Below are positions 1-9,053 of a DNA stretch of 64,000 nt, piece after piece; within the stretch, counting starts at the first letter, position 1, and each line of letters begins with the position of its first letter. This DNA comes from an uncultured Candidatus Saccharibacteria bacterium (GTDB taxonomy: Bacteria; Patescibacteriota; Saccharimonadia; Saccharimonadales; JAGQNJ01), in assembly GCA_964590205.1 (NCBI GenBank), contig CAZPVO010000002.1, positions 65,005-129,004 of the forward strand. Direction: 5' to 3'. Under the pieces are notes generated by a model. That model made no database searches and was not told the DNA's origin. It saw nothing but the letters and a program-made list of their open reading frames with translations. The translations under genes were made by a program, and so were the position numbers.

Positions 1-311
1 TTATCCCGAAACTCGTCTTCTGAAACTTGTGGAGTTTCTAAATTATCAACAAGTCGTGAATCATTTGTGCCGATAGCAATCACAAACACAAAAGGCCAAC
101 TTGCCGAATAGCGAGCATTTATTTCTGGCTCAAGTCGCTTCAATAGTTTTGACGAGTCATCACCACCAACACCAAGATTCATTATTTCATGTTTGCGATC
201 TTTTTTTTCGAGATATAGCCTATTGTAGTCACGCTTAAGCCGATCAACCCAACCACCTTGACTATCCCATCGGCCATCAACAACACTGTCACCAAAAACT
301 AAAACTCGCAT
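1..311 (-). CDS. SGNH/GDSL-family hydrolase, N-terminal fragment (gene continues past the left window edge)
   Basis: Absent from the ORF track because it is cut by the edge. Own translation from ATG 311..309: MRVLVFGDSVVDGRWDSQGGWVDRLKRDY...VFVIAIGTNDS. The N-terminal GDS (block I) and GTND (block III) are SGNH hydrolase signatures. Confidence 0.6.
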   Translation of the reverse strand, partial: MRVLVFGDSVVDGRWDSQGGWVDRLKRDYNRLYLEKKDRKHEIMNLGVGGDDSSKLLKRLEPEINARYSASWPFVFVIAIGTNDSRLVDNLETPQVSEDEFRD

Positions 312-325
312 GCAAGTATTATAAC

Positions 326-1108
326 TTACTGGCGTTGGCGATAGCGCCAAATCGAAAGCGGGATAAAGACAATCAAAATACCGGCAATCCAAAGCAAACA
401 CTTCCACCAAGCTCCGGTACTTGGCAATCCAAGTGCTAATTCACGTGCGGCGTTAACAGCAAACGTGACAGGTTGATTCCGGGCAAACGCTTGCAGCCAT
501 GCTGGCATGGTTTGAATTGGCACAAACGCTGCACTGGCAAATGTCAGCGGAAAGATAAACACAAAGCCCGCTAGCTGTGCAGTTTCAGAATCTTTGGAAC
601 TTAATCCAAGATAGGCTGCCACCCACGACAGTGAAAAGCTAAAGGCCAAAACAAGCAGGAACATGGCAACTGCACCCCATAAACCATTTTGAAACCTAAA
701 GCCGTAAATCGAACCCATCACCAGCATAATAGTCATGACCATGACATTTCGCAGCATATCCGAAATTGTTCGACCAGCCATCACGGCAGATCGCGCCATT
801 GGCAAACTGCGGAATCGATCGACAATCCCTTTGCCCATATCTTCAGCTAAACCAATGCCTGTGTTAAGTGCACCAAACATCGTGGTCTGAACTAAAATTC
901 CAGGTAGCAAGAAGTCAATATACTTACCGCCTGGTATGCCGGTTGCTGCGCCAATAGCACCACCAAACACAAAGTTAAATAGTGTCAGGAAAATAATCGG
1001 CTGAATTGAACTAAAGAACAACAGCTGTGGCAAGCGAACATAGCGATACAAATTTCGCTTGGTAATTTGCCAGGTATCGATAGTACCGTCATAAAGCATC
1101 TTAAACAT
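326..1108 (-). CDS. ABC-2 type exporter permease (DrrB-like)
   Basis: Track ORF 326..1135 has multiple hydrophobic helices and lies directly downstream of the ATPase. The preferred start MFKML at 1108 gives an 8-nt overlap with the ATPase stop (1101). The longer start at 1135 is possible. Confidence 0.8.
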   Translation of the reverse strand: MFKMLYDGTIDTWQITKRNLYRYVRLPQLLFFSSIQPIIFLTLFNFVFGGAIGAATGIPGGKYIDFLLPGILVQTTMFGALNTGIGLAEDMGKGIVDRFRSLPMARSAVMAGRTISDMLRNVMVMTIMLVMGSIYGFRFQNGLWGAVAMFLLVLAFSFSLSWVAAYLGLSSKDSETAQLAGFVFIFPLTFASAAFVPIQTMPAWLQAFARNQPVTFAVNAARELALGLPSTGAWWKCLLWIAGILIVFIPLSIWRYRQRQ

Positions 1109-2081
1109 TTGGACGCCCTCGCGATTTTTTTGCAATCGTTTGGTCTTTGGCTTTTTCGCCGGTCAGCGTTAAGAAAACATCATCCAGTGATGGTCGGTGC
1201 AGGGCAATTGACTCAACTGCAACATTGGCATGATCCAACTCACGTACGACATCCAGCAAACTTTGTGAACCGTCACGCGCCGGTAAAGTAATAGTTGTGT
1301 CTTCAGCCGTTGGCTTTTTGGTTGAGAATTTATTGGCAATCTTCAGCGCAGCTTCAACGTCTACATCATTTTTGACCGAAAATTCCACTACATCACCACC
1401 GAGTTTAGCTTTAAGTTGGGTGCTTGTGCCTTCGGCAATAATTTTTCCGTGATCAATAATAGCAATCTTATCAGCAAGCTCATCAGCCTCTTCCAAATAT
1501 TGTGTAGTCAAAAGGATACTTGTGCCATCAGCAACTAAATCTCTAATAATCGCCCATAAATCCTGGCGAGTTCGCGGATCAAGACCGGTTGTCGGTTCGT
1601 CCAAAAATAAAACCTTGGGATGCCCAACCAGGCTGGCACCCAAGTCGAGACGTCGACGCATGCCACCAGAATATGTTTTAACTTGTCGCTTGGCTGCATC
1701 ATCAAGATTAAGTCGTTTTAATGTATCGTTGGCGCGTTTTTTGGCTTCTTTATGATTCAATCGATACAAACGACCAACCATATACAAGCTTTCATAACCT
1801 GTCAAAAAGCCATCAACTGCAGCAAATTGACCAGCTAAGCCAATTTGGGTTCGAACTTTTTCTGGGTTCTTAATTACATCAGTCCCTAAAACGTGTAGGT
1901 CGCCTTTGTCGGGCTCTAGCAGGGTAGTCCACATGTTCACCAGTGTGGTTTTGCCAGCACCATTTGGACCAAGCAGGCCAAAAATCTTGCCTTCTTCAGC
2001 CTCGATGTTCACGCCGGCTAGCGCTTTGACGTTACCATCAGAAAAAGTCTTATAGACATTGTGGGCTTCAAAAGCTTTCAT
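1101..2081 (-). CDS. ABC transporter ATP-binding protein (DrrA / daunorubicin-resistance-like)
   Basis: Walker A GPNGAGKTT, signature YSGGMRRRL and Walker B VLFLDEPTTGLD. An extra C-terminal domain of about 90 aa is typical of DrrA-type ATPases. Confidence 0.9.
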   Translation of the reverse strand: MKAFEAHNVYKTFSDGNVKALAGVNIEAEEGKIFGLLGPNGAGKTTLVNMWTTLLEPDKGDLHVLGTDVIKNPEKVRTQIGLAGQFAAVDGFLTGYESLYMVGRLYRLNHKEAKKRANDTLKRLNLDDAAKRQVKTYSGGMRRRLDLGASLVGHPKVLFLDEPTTGLDPRTRQDLWAIIRDLVADGTSILLTTQYLEEADELADKIAIIDHGKIIAEGTSTQLKAKLGGDVVEFSVKNDVDVEAALKIANKFSTKKPTAEDTTITLPARDGSQSLLDVVRELDHANVAVESIALHRPSLDDVFLTLTGEKAKDQTIAKKSRGRPNV

Positions 2082-2173
2082 TGATTCTCAATATAGCTCT
2101 GAATACTTAACAAGTCAAGTGTTTTATTTGTATCTGTTTTGAAACTTTTTATGGTAGGATATTACGTAAGCGC

Positions 2174-3142
2174 ATGATTGCAATTCTCAGCATTATTCTC
2201 ATCCTTTTGTCCGCCCTGTTCAGTGGTCTGAACTTGGGCTTAATGAGTTTGGATACGCACGAACTCCGGCGCAAAGCCAAACAAGGTAATCGCGATGCAG
2301 CTAAAGTTTACAAGGTTCGTAAACGCGGTAATCTTTTGCTTGTTAGTTTATTAATTGGTAATGTGGCCGTTATTTCAGCACTGTCTATTTTGCTGGATAC
2401 AAAATTCCACGGACTGGTTGCTGGTATTTTAACGACGGCACTCATTACCCTTTTTGGTGAGATTATTCCGCAAGCTCTTTTCTCTCGTTACGCACTCAAA
2501 TATGGTGCTCGTTTAGCATGGCTGGTTGAAATTTTGATGATTGTCATGTGGCCAGTTGCTGCTCCAATCGCCTACGTACTTGATAAAATGCTCGGCGATG
2601 AACTACCAACGTTTTATGCCAAGGCTGAGCTCACCCAAATTATTAAAGAACATTCTGATGTGAGTGACATTGATAAAGATGAAGCTCGGATCGCTACTGG
2701 CGCGCTGACATTTGGCGATAAGACAATTGCCAGTGTGATGACTCCCAAGGAAGTCGTTAATAGCATTGGCGCAGGTGTAGTTATCGATCAAGAAAAAATT
2801 AGTGAGCTTAAAGACAGCGGCCATTCTCGGTTTCCAATTATTAAAAGTGGTTCAGTGATTGGTGTCTTATATGCCAAGGATTTAATTAGTTTAAATGATT
2901 TTGAAAAAACAGCCGAGCAATTAGCCCGCAAAAAAGTTAGCACGGTCGTCCGTACTGCAAAGTTAGATGACGTACTTAATTTATTCATAAAGCAGCGTCG
3001 TCATTTGTTTGTGGTTACCAGCAAGTCCGGAAATTTTGTTGGAATTGTAACGCTCGAAGACGTGATTGAAGAAATTCTGCACGCCGAAATTGTTGATGAG
3101 TATGACAAGGTTGTCGACATGCGCAAAAGCCGCAAGTCTTAA
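2174..3142 (+). CDS. CNNM/DUF21 + CBS-pair membrane protein (CorC/TlyC-like divalent cation transport family)
   Basis: An N-terminal multi-helix DUF21-like membrane domain is followed by a tandem CBS-like region (VMTPKEVV..., ...IVTLEDVIEEI). At 322 aa there is no CorC_HlyC C-terminal domain. Confidence 0.8.
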   Translation: MIAILSIILILLSALFSGLNLGLMSLDTHELRRKAKQGNRDAAKVYKVRKRGNLLLVSLLIGNVAVISALSILLDTKFHGLVAGILTTALITLFGEIIPQALFSRYALKYGARLAWLVEILMIVMWPVAAPIAYVLDKMLGDELPTFYAKAELTQIIKEHSDVSDIDKDEARIATGALTFGDKTIASVMTPKEVVNSIGAGVVIDQEKISELKDSGHSRFPIIKSGSVIGVLYAKDLISLNDFEKTAEQLARKKVSTVVRTAKLDDVLNLFIKQRRHLFVVTSKSGNFVGIVTLEDVIEEILHAEIVDEYDKVVDMRKSRKS

Positions 3143-4083
3143 GCGAGTGGTTGCTCTGTAACTTTTGTCTCGCTTCTGGTTTTCTCGCTGAATTCAATTT
3201 TATTGATAGCCAATGCGCAGCCAACAATAATAATGCCGCCAACTACCGCACTGAGCGATGGTTTTTCACCGTACAAAATAAAACCAATAATTATGGCAAA
3301 GAATCCTTCTAGTAACAGTAAGCTTGCAGCAACGTAGGCTTTGATTGTATTAAAGACGAAGTTAACGAGCACGATAATCAATATGTTCATAAGAGATGAA
3401 ATCAAAAGAGCAACCGCTGATTTTGCGCTAACAGAACTTGGCAATAGCGGCTGGCGCGTAACGAGTACGCCCAAAAATAGTGGAATCCAGGCAAGCATCA
3501 AAAGAATAGCCGTGTTTTCATAATTGTTTTTAGCTTTGTTGTGAAGCCTCGATAACATAAAGCCAATATTAAAACCAAGCATGCTGGCAACTGCAGCTAT
3601 TTCACCTACCCCAAGTTTAATACCACCGAGTGTTACACCAGCAACTAGACCGAGCCCAAGAATGGAAAGCAAAATAAAAGGTGCTGATTTGGCGGGAATT
3701 TTCTCACGAAACATAATCCATGCCATCAATCCGGCAACTGGCAGTGACGATATAAATGCAACTGTGCTGAGGCTGGTGTGTTGTACGGCAATCGCTCCAA
3801 ATCCGACGCCGATTGTGTAGTATGTAAATGCCCTGAGTGCATAAATGCCCCAATCTTTTTTAGACAGTCCAGAAAACAAGCCATTGAATTTTCTTCTAAG
3901 TAAAATAAATGCAAGTACTGAACTAACTAGTAGTCGTATATAAACCTGTTGAGATGTTGTGAAACTCTCGCTCATCATACGTACCCACACACCCATAAAC
4001 ACAAAACACAGAGCAATAAATACCGCCGCCAACATCGCCCGAATTTTTACTGATTTTGGTATATTTTTCATATTCTTTGCCAA
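3139..4083 (-). CDS. EamA/DMT-superfamily transporter
   Basis: 314 aa with about 10 hydrophobic helices in two similar halves. Its 3' end overlaps the convergent CNNM gene end by 4 nt. ATG at 4071 (MKNIPK) is an alternative to the TTG start at 4083. Confidence 0.7.
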   Translation of the reverse strand: MAKNMKNIPKSVKIRAMLAAVFIALCFVFMGVWVRMMSESFTTSQQVYIRLLVSSVLAFILLRRKFNGLFSGLSKKDWGIYALRAFTYYTIGVGFGAIAVQHTSLSTVAFISSLPVAGLMAWIMFREKIPAKSAPFILLSILGLGLVAGVTLGGIKLGVGEIAAVASMLGFNIGFMLSRLHNKAKNNYENTAILLMLAWIPLFLGVLVTRQPLLPSSVSAKSAVALLISSLMNILIIVLVNFVFNTIKAYVAASLLLLEGFFAIIIGFILYGEKPSLSAVVGGIIIVGCALAINKIEFSEKTRSETKVTEQPLA

Positions 4084-4120
4084 TGTTCGATAGCCCTATT
4101 GTAAACTAAGATTAACTATT

Positions 4121-4714
4121 ATGAACTTCTGGATTATTGGAACTCTGGTCCTGTCACTCATCTCGCCAATTTCGTACACCAAAAGTATGCTGGCCGGCAA
4201 AGCCAAACCACACCGTGTAACTCGACTTATTGTTTGGCTTGCGAGTATCGCAGGAGTCTTGGGAGTTTTGCATACCAACAATGTTTCAGGCCTAATTTTT
4301 GCCTTAATTTTCCTTACTCGTGCAACATATATTTTGGCCATGTCATTTAAGTATGGTACTGGCGGATCATCGACCTTGGACAAAGTCTGCTTGGTATTAG
4401 GTATACTAGCAATCGTTGCCTACGTTATTACCAAGAATGGTTTACTTACGATTTCGTTAGGCCTGCTTGCAGACTTGATTGGTTATATCCCGACCTTTGT
4501 CAAAACATACAAACAACCTGCGAGCGAAGACCCGCTGTTTTTTGCCATTGAAGGCGTCGCGTCTTTTTTTGGAGTACTTGCCGTTTGGGCTTGGCAACCA
4601 GACATAATCCTTCCAGTCTATTTCACTCTTTGCTGCATAGTTATAGAATTGTTAATCTATCGCAAAAAGTTATCTAGATTGTTCCGGTTACGACCTGAGA
4701 TTGATCGTTATTAA
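4121..4714 (+). CDS. 7-TM membrane protein of unknown function (possible PQ-loop/SWEET-like 3+1+3 layout)
   Basis: 197 aa with seven hydrophobic segments. Two similar helix-loop units are present: ISPISYTKSMLAGKAKP and IGYIPTFVKTYKQPASEDP. I recognise no named family with certainty. Confidence 0.45.
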   Translation: MNFWIIGTLVLSLISPISYTKSMLAGKAKPHRVTRLIVWLASIAGVLGVLHTNNVSGLIFALIFLTRATYILAMSFKYGTGGSSTLDKVCLVLGILAIVAYVITKNGLLTISLGLLADLIGYIPTFVKTYKQPASEDPLFFAIEGVASFFGVLAVWAWQPDIILPVYFTLCCIVIELLIYRKKLSRLFRLRPEIDRY

Positions 4715-5300
4715 TCACGTATGCTTGGTTGTCGTTTAGTTTAATCGCGTCTGGATTATTTTTGTAAAGTTCCAGCATTGGCTTCAATGCTTCGTGCAAA
4801 CTCATATTATCAACATGCGGAATGATAATTTTGTCGGTTAGATTTAAGCCTTTCCAAATTACTTGCTCAGCAAATTTTGGCTCGTCCGCTGTTTCGGTTC
4901 CTTTCAAAGTTGGACCCATGACAATTGCACCGGCACTGTCGCCACCATACACCAAACCATTTTCGAGCAGCTCTCGAATTATATTTTCAAAACCGCTGCG
5001 TTTCATTTGATATCTTAGGCAAAACGTATTGCCACCAGCCGCCCAAACCGCATCGAATTCCTGCAGTTTAGTTTTAAGTTCAGCTTCATCAAAATCACGC
5101 AGGTCAAGAAGCTCAGTATTAAAGCCTTTGTCTTTTAGGTAATTCAGTAAATCTTTGTCCTTAAAATCGCGGGCCCGTTTAGCCAGAAAGTCTTTGGCAT
5201 TATTGATAAGAGCCAGCTTAGTTTGGGCCGGCTCTTTACCAACCAATCGTGCAAAGTCATCAGGCGTCGGCATTCGATACGAAGCCAAATATAATTTCAT
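4674..5300 (-). CDS. peptidase S51 / dipeptidase E family protein
   Basis: GGNTFCL and GDSAGAIV (nucleophile Ser) motifs. The start ATG shares 1 nt with the aspS stop (TAATG). Confidence 0.75.
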   Translation of the reverse strand: MKLYLASYRMPTPDDFARLVGKEPAQTKLALINNAKDFLAKRARDFKDKDLLNYLKDKGFNTELLDLRDFDEAELKTKLQEFDAVWAAGGNTFCLRYQMKRSGFENIIRELLENGLVYGGDSAGAIVMGPTLKGTETADEPKFAEQVIWKGLNLTDKIIIPHVDNMSLHEALKPMLELYKNNPDAIKLNDNQAYVINNDQSQVVTGTI

Positions 5301-6610
5301 TATGGCGCCAAGCGGTTAATGTCGCGTGGAAACAGTGCGGCTTCTTTGATGTTGTTAAAGCCAATAATCTTCTGTACTAGTCGCTCAAGTCCCAGCCCGA
5401 ATCCACCGTGCGGTGGCATGCCATACTTCATGGCGTTGAGTATCGGCTGGAATCCAGGATCATTTGGATCGCCGCCTGCTAATTTCTTGAGTTGCTCCAC
5501 AACTTTCTTGTAATCGTTTTCGCGCATACTACCCGTGGTGATTTCTACGCCGCGGAACAGCAGGTCAACTCGGTCGGCTAGGCTTGGGACTTTCTCGTCA
5601 GCTTTGTGGTAAAACTTCATCTCGTCCGCTGGCCATTCACTGACAAATACAGCCTCAGAACCTAAGTTCTTTTTGGCATAATCACAAATCCAGCGTTCTT
5701 CGTCTGGACGCAAATCTTTTTCTCCAACTGAGTTTTCGCCAGTGGCTTTAGAATATTTTTCGTGAATTTCAGCCATCGAAATTACGGGAATTTCTTTAGC
5801 AATAACTGGCTTAGTAGCGTTCCAACGTTTTAGTTCAGTCTCGTATTTTTTCCAAACACCGTCTACAACTTTGTGCAGCAAGCCGCTCAAAAATTCTTCT
5901 AAATCTTTGAGTGTGATGAAGCCCATTTCGCCGTCAACCGAAACATACTCGGTCATGTGACGCGTAGTGGCGCTTGGCTCCGCGCGATACACAGGTGCGA
6001 TCTCATACACGCGCTCGAATACACCCACAGCAATTTGCTTATAGAACTGCGGGCTCTGAGCAAGTGTAGCGACCTTGCCAAAATAATCCATGGTAAAAAC
6101 TTCGGCGCCACCTTCGGTTGGTTCGGCCAAAAGTTTTGGACTGTGCATTTCAGTGAAACCATTTTCGTCAAAGTACTCGCGGATTAATCTACAGGCTTCG
6201 GCCTGAATTTTAAAAATCGCCGTTTCCTGCAGGTTGCGAAGGCCAATCACGCGGTTGTCAAACAACGTTTCAAGATGCTCTGATTTGTGAGAAAGTGGTT
6301 TGTCTATTTCGATTGGCGGTTCGTCGGTGACTGGTACTAAAACAGTTAGTGTTGGTTTACGAAGTTCGGCGCCACCAGGTGCACGCTCTTCATCGTGTGC
6401 TGAGCCTTCAATACGAAGCACCGTGCCAATCTGCAAACCACGAAGTTTTTCAACTTCTTTTTTATCTTCTACCACCACTTGCACCAGCCCACTGCGATCA
6501 CGAACATTAATAAATGTCAGGCCGCCAAGCAAACGTTTTTTATGCAGCCAACCTTCAATGGTTGCTGACTTTCCAACTTGTTTTTTGATATCACTTGCAA
6601 GGGTTCTCAT
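5300..6610 (-). CDS. aspS: aspartate--tRNA ligase, short archaeal/type-2 form (possibly non-discriminating)
   Basis: 436 aa with an N-terminal OB-fold region, class II motif 2 (YRAEPS) and motif 3 (GGFGLGLERL). It is too short to contain the bacterial-type insertion domain. Confidence 0.9.
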   Translation of the reverse strand: MRTLASDIKKQVGKSATIEGWLHKKRLLGGLTFINVRDRSGLVQVVVEDKKEVEKLRGLQIGTVLRIEGSAHDEERAPGGAELRKPTLTVLVPVTDEPPIEIDKPLSHKSEHLETLFDNRVIGLRNLQETAIFKIQAEACRLIREYFDENGFTEMHSPKLLAEPTEGGAEVFTMDYFGKVATLAQSPQFYKQIAVGVFERVYEIAPVYRAEPSATTRHMTEYVSVDGEMGFITLKDLEEFLSGLLHKVVDGVWKKYETELKRWNATKPVIAKEIPVISMAEIHEKYSKATGENSVGEKDLRPDEERWICDYAKKNLGSEAVFVSEWPADEMKFYHKADEKVPSLADRVDLLFRGVEITTGSMRENDYKKVVEQLKKLAGGDPNDPGFQPILNAMKYGMPPHGGFGLGLERLVQKIIGFNNIKEAALFPRDINRLAP

Positions 6611-6750
6611 TTAAGGATTCTCCGAATTAATTTTGCTGATTCTAGCCGTATTTTGGACCATGCAAATGCGCTCGCTAGGCTAGCGCCTCTGCGGTCCGAA
6701 GATTTATGTTATCAACAAAATAATAGGTCATTACAAGGTGGTACTATACC

Positions 6751-7995
6751 CTATTTTTTTGATTCTGTCTCTGTTTTTTCTTCTTTTGGCTCTTCTTCAA
6801 TTTCCTCGTCTTGTTCGTCAGGTTCTGGTTCAGGTTTCTGTTCTGGCTCGCTTGGTTCTTCCTCGGGTTTTTGCTCAACTTCGGGCATAGATTCTTCAAT
6901 CGACTCTTGTGTTTCTTCTTTGGGTTTTTCCTTCAGCGGTTCCTCGACAGGTTTATCCTCGTCTTCGAGTTCAATTGTCTCATCAATATGTCTTTCAACT
7001 TTTGGTTGCTTTTTGCGAGCAACAGCGCTCCGATCGTGGTGATTACCAAAGTCACTTTTCGGTAACTCACCAACCATGTGTTTGAGAACCTCACTCAAAC
7101 TCACCACACCAACTAGATTTTCTTTACTATCGACGACTAAAAACAATGGGTGTTTAGTTTCGGCTAATGTGCCGATAACCTCAGAAATTTTGTCTTCTTC
7201 ATGAACGTAATACACATGCTTGGTCATCAAGTCTTTTACAAAACCACCGTCACGCGCGTCAAGCATATCGGCAATATTCAAAATACCAACGATGTCCTTT
7301 TTGTCCGAACCTTGATACACCGGAAAATGAGTATGGCCACTTTTGTGCAGCTCATCCATGGTAATCGGACCAACAGCGTCACTCGTGGCTACAACTTTTA
7401 CTTGTCGCCAGGGCGTCATGATGTCAGCAACTTTTTTGTCACCAACCAACAAGCTTTGAATAACCATGTCGAGATCTTTTTTGCTTACACGATTATCAAT
7501 TTGGGCCTTTTGCAGCTCGATCATTTCCAGCAAATCCTGCTTGGTATAAAGTCCAGTATGAATTGTTACGGGGCGATAGCGTTCAATCACTCGTGAGGTT
7601 TTGGAAAGCGGCGTGTGTAGCCATTCCAAAATTGCGGCAAGTGGTCGAGCAGTCACTTTTGCCGAAACAACGCCGGCTTTGGTAATGTGTGAACCCGGCA
7701 TCCAGGCAAAACCAAACCACACAGTTGCGATACAGCCAAATAAAGCGACCGGCCACGGAAAAGCTTTGCTCAAAAATACAAAAAAGCCACCGGCACTCAG
7801 TGCAATGATAATCCAAAGTAACATGTCCAAACTAAAGCCAAAGGCCACAACTTTATAAAAAATCTTTGAGATTTCATCGTTTTGATTAGCTTGTCTTTTC
7901 AGCTCTTTCACAGGAACGTGATGATAAGTTTTAAGAAGCGAAATACTCCAGAAGAGTATTCCCGCCAGGAGAAAACCAAATAAAAACGTTAGCAT
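6751..7995 (-). CDS. CNNM/DUF21 + CBS-pair membrane protein, second paralog, with acidic low-complexity C-terminal tail
   Basis: Same DUF21 membrane domain plus CBS pair as 2174..3142 (IMTPWRQV..., VVSLSEVLKHMVGE). The last ~75 aa are an E/K/P-rich tail (EPEQKPEPEPDEQDEEIEEEPKEEK). Confidence 0.8.
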   Translation of the reverse strand: MLTFLFGFLLAGILFWSISLLKTYHHVPVKELKRQANQNDEISKIFYKVVAFGFSLDMLLWIIIALSAGGFFVFLSKAFPWPVALFGCIATVWFGFAWMPGSHITKAGVVSAKVTARPLAAILEWLHTPLSKTSRVIERYRPVTIHTGLYTKQDLLEMIELQKAQIDNRVSKKDLDMVIQSLLVGDKKVADIMTPWRQVKVVATSDAVGPITMDELHKSGHTHFPVYQGSDKKDIVGILNIADMLDARDGGFVKDLMTKHVYYVHEEDKISEVIGTLAETKHPLFLVVDSKENLVGVVSLSEVLKHMVGELPKSDFGNHHDRSAVARKKQPKVERHIDETIELEDEDKPVEEPLKEKPKEETQESIEESMPEVEQKPEEEPSEPEQKPEPEPDEQDEEIEEEPKEEKTETESKK

Positions 7996-8079
7996 GTTAC
8001 TAATGATACTGTTTGGAGACTACTTTTTAAAGTCGGTCAAAAAAGTTATCATAGTACTGCTAAGGAGAGTTATCTATAT

Positions 8080-8754
8080 ATGAGCAAGCGTTTCTTAATT
8101 ATTCTGGCCGTTTTGGTTGTTTTATTTGGTGGATTTATTTGGTTCAGCAAAGCCAAGAAGACGAAAACTTCAACAAGCGGTAACAGTAGTGCGCAGGCAA
8201 CAAACCATGTTTCTGGCGCAGGCAATAAAAAAGTAACACTCACTGAGTATGGTGATTTTCAATGTCCTGCTTGCGGCTCTTACTATCCTTACGTTGAACA
8301 GGTTCGCCAAAAATATGGCGATGATATTACATTTCAGTTCCGTAACTTCCCACTCGTCCAAATTCACAAAAATGCCATGGCCGCTCACCGCGCCGCCGAA
8401 GCTGCGTCAAATCAAGGTAAGTTCTGGGAAATGTACAACATGCTTTATAGCACACAACAAAACTGGACCGAGAGCAGTAACGTTAGTCCGATTTTGGAAT
8501 CTTACGCGCAACAACTTGGTCTTGATATGAATAAATTCCGCGCTGACGTTGCTAGTGAACAAGTGAATGGCACTATTAATGCCGATATTAACTCAGGCCA
8601 ATCACTTGGCATTACAGCAACACCAACATTCTTCATCAATGGCAAAAAACTCGATCCGACACCAGACCGCAGTGTTGAGGCGTTTTCAAAAGTCATTGAT
8701 CAAGCCATCGCCGAGGCTAACCCCGGCCAAGCTCAATCTGCGCCAGCTCAGTAA
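8080..8754 (+). CDS. membrane-anchored DsbA-family thiol:disulfide oxidoreductase
   Basis: N-terminal TM anchor and a thioredoxin-fold CPAC active site (FQCPACGSYYP). Size and layout are DsbA-like. Confidence 0.8.
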   Translation: MSKRFLIILAVLVVLFGGFIWFSKAKKTKTSTSGNSSAQATNHVSGAGNKKVTLTEYGDFQCPACGSYYPYVEQVRQKYGDDITFQFRNFPLVQIHKNAMAAHRAAEAASNQGKFWEMYNMLYSTQQNWTESSNVSPILESYAQQLGLDMNKFRADVASEQVNGTINADINSGQSLGITATPTFFINGKKLDPTPDRSVEAFSKVIDQAIAEANPGQAQSAPAQ

Positions 8755-8879
8755 TTAATAAACTGCTGCCACGAAGGACGCTTAGAGTACACTGGCACTC
8801 GCACTTTTTTTGAGTGCATAACTTTAATTTTGACAGTCATTGGGCTGCCCCTTTCTATTTTTTTATTTTTGTAATTGCA

Positions 8880-8929
8880 AACTGTCCAAACCAATAAGAC
8901 AGTTAAATTGTTTTTTGTTTTATTTTTTG
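8880..8929 (+). terminator. possible intrinsic terminator downstream of the DsbA-like gene
   Basis: 7-bp inverted repeat AACTGTC (8880-8886) / GACAGTT (8898-8904) with an 11-nt loop, followed by the T-rich tract TTGTTTTTTGTTTTATTTTTT. The stem is weak and AT-rich and lies about 126 nt after the stop. Confidence 0.3.
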
Positions 8930-9053
8930 TCTTCTACAGCTCGCGGTTTCCACCTGCTGCATCGAAGTGTACGCCCATTGTGACATAAGCATTTTACCTG
9001 TGTCAACCTTCGTTTCTGATTATGTTTAAAAACTGATATACTAATCGGTAATA

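Noticed and set aside
6578-7042. 154-aa Ser-rich plus-strand ORF.
   Set aside because: It is the antisense shadow of the E/K/P-rich tail of the CNNM paralog and of the aspS upstream region. Its low-complexity composition mirrors the GAA/GAG-rich coding strand.
8795-8817. Hairpin GCACTC...GAGTGC just after the dsbA-like gene as a rho-independent terminator.
   Set aside because: The T-run lies inside the loop rather than after the stem, so it does not have terminator geometry. It also falls inside the candidate 30-codon minus-strand ORF.
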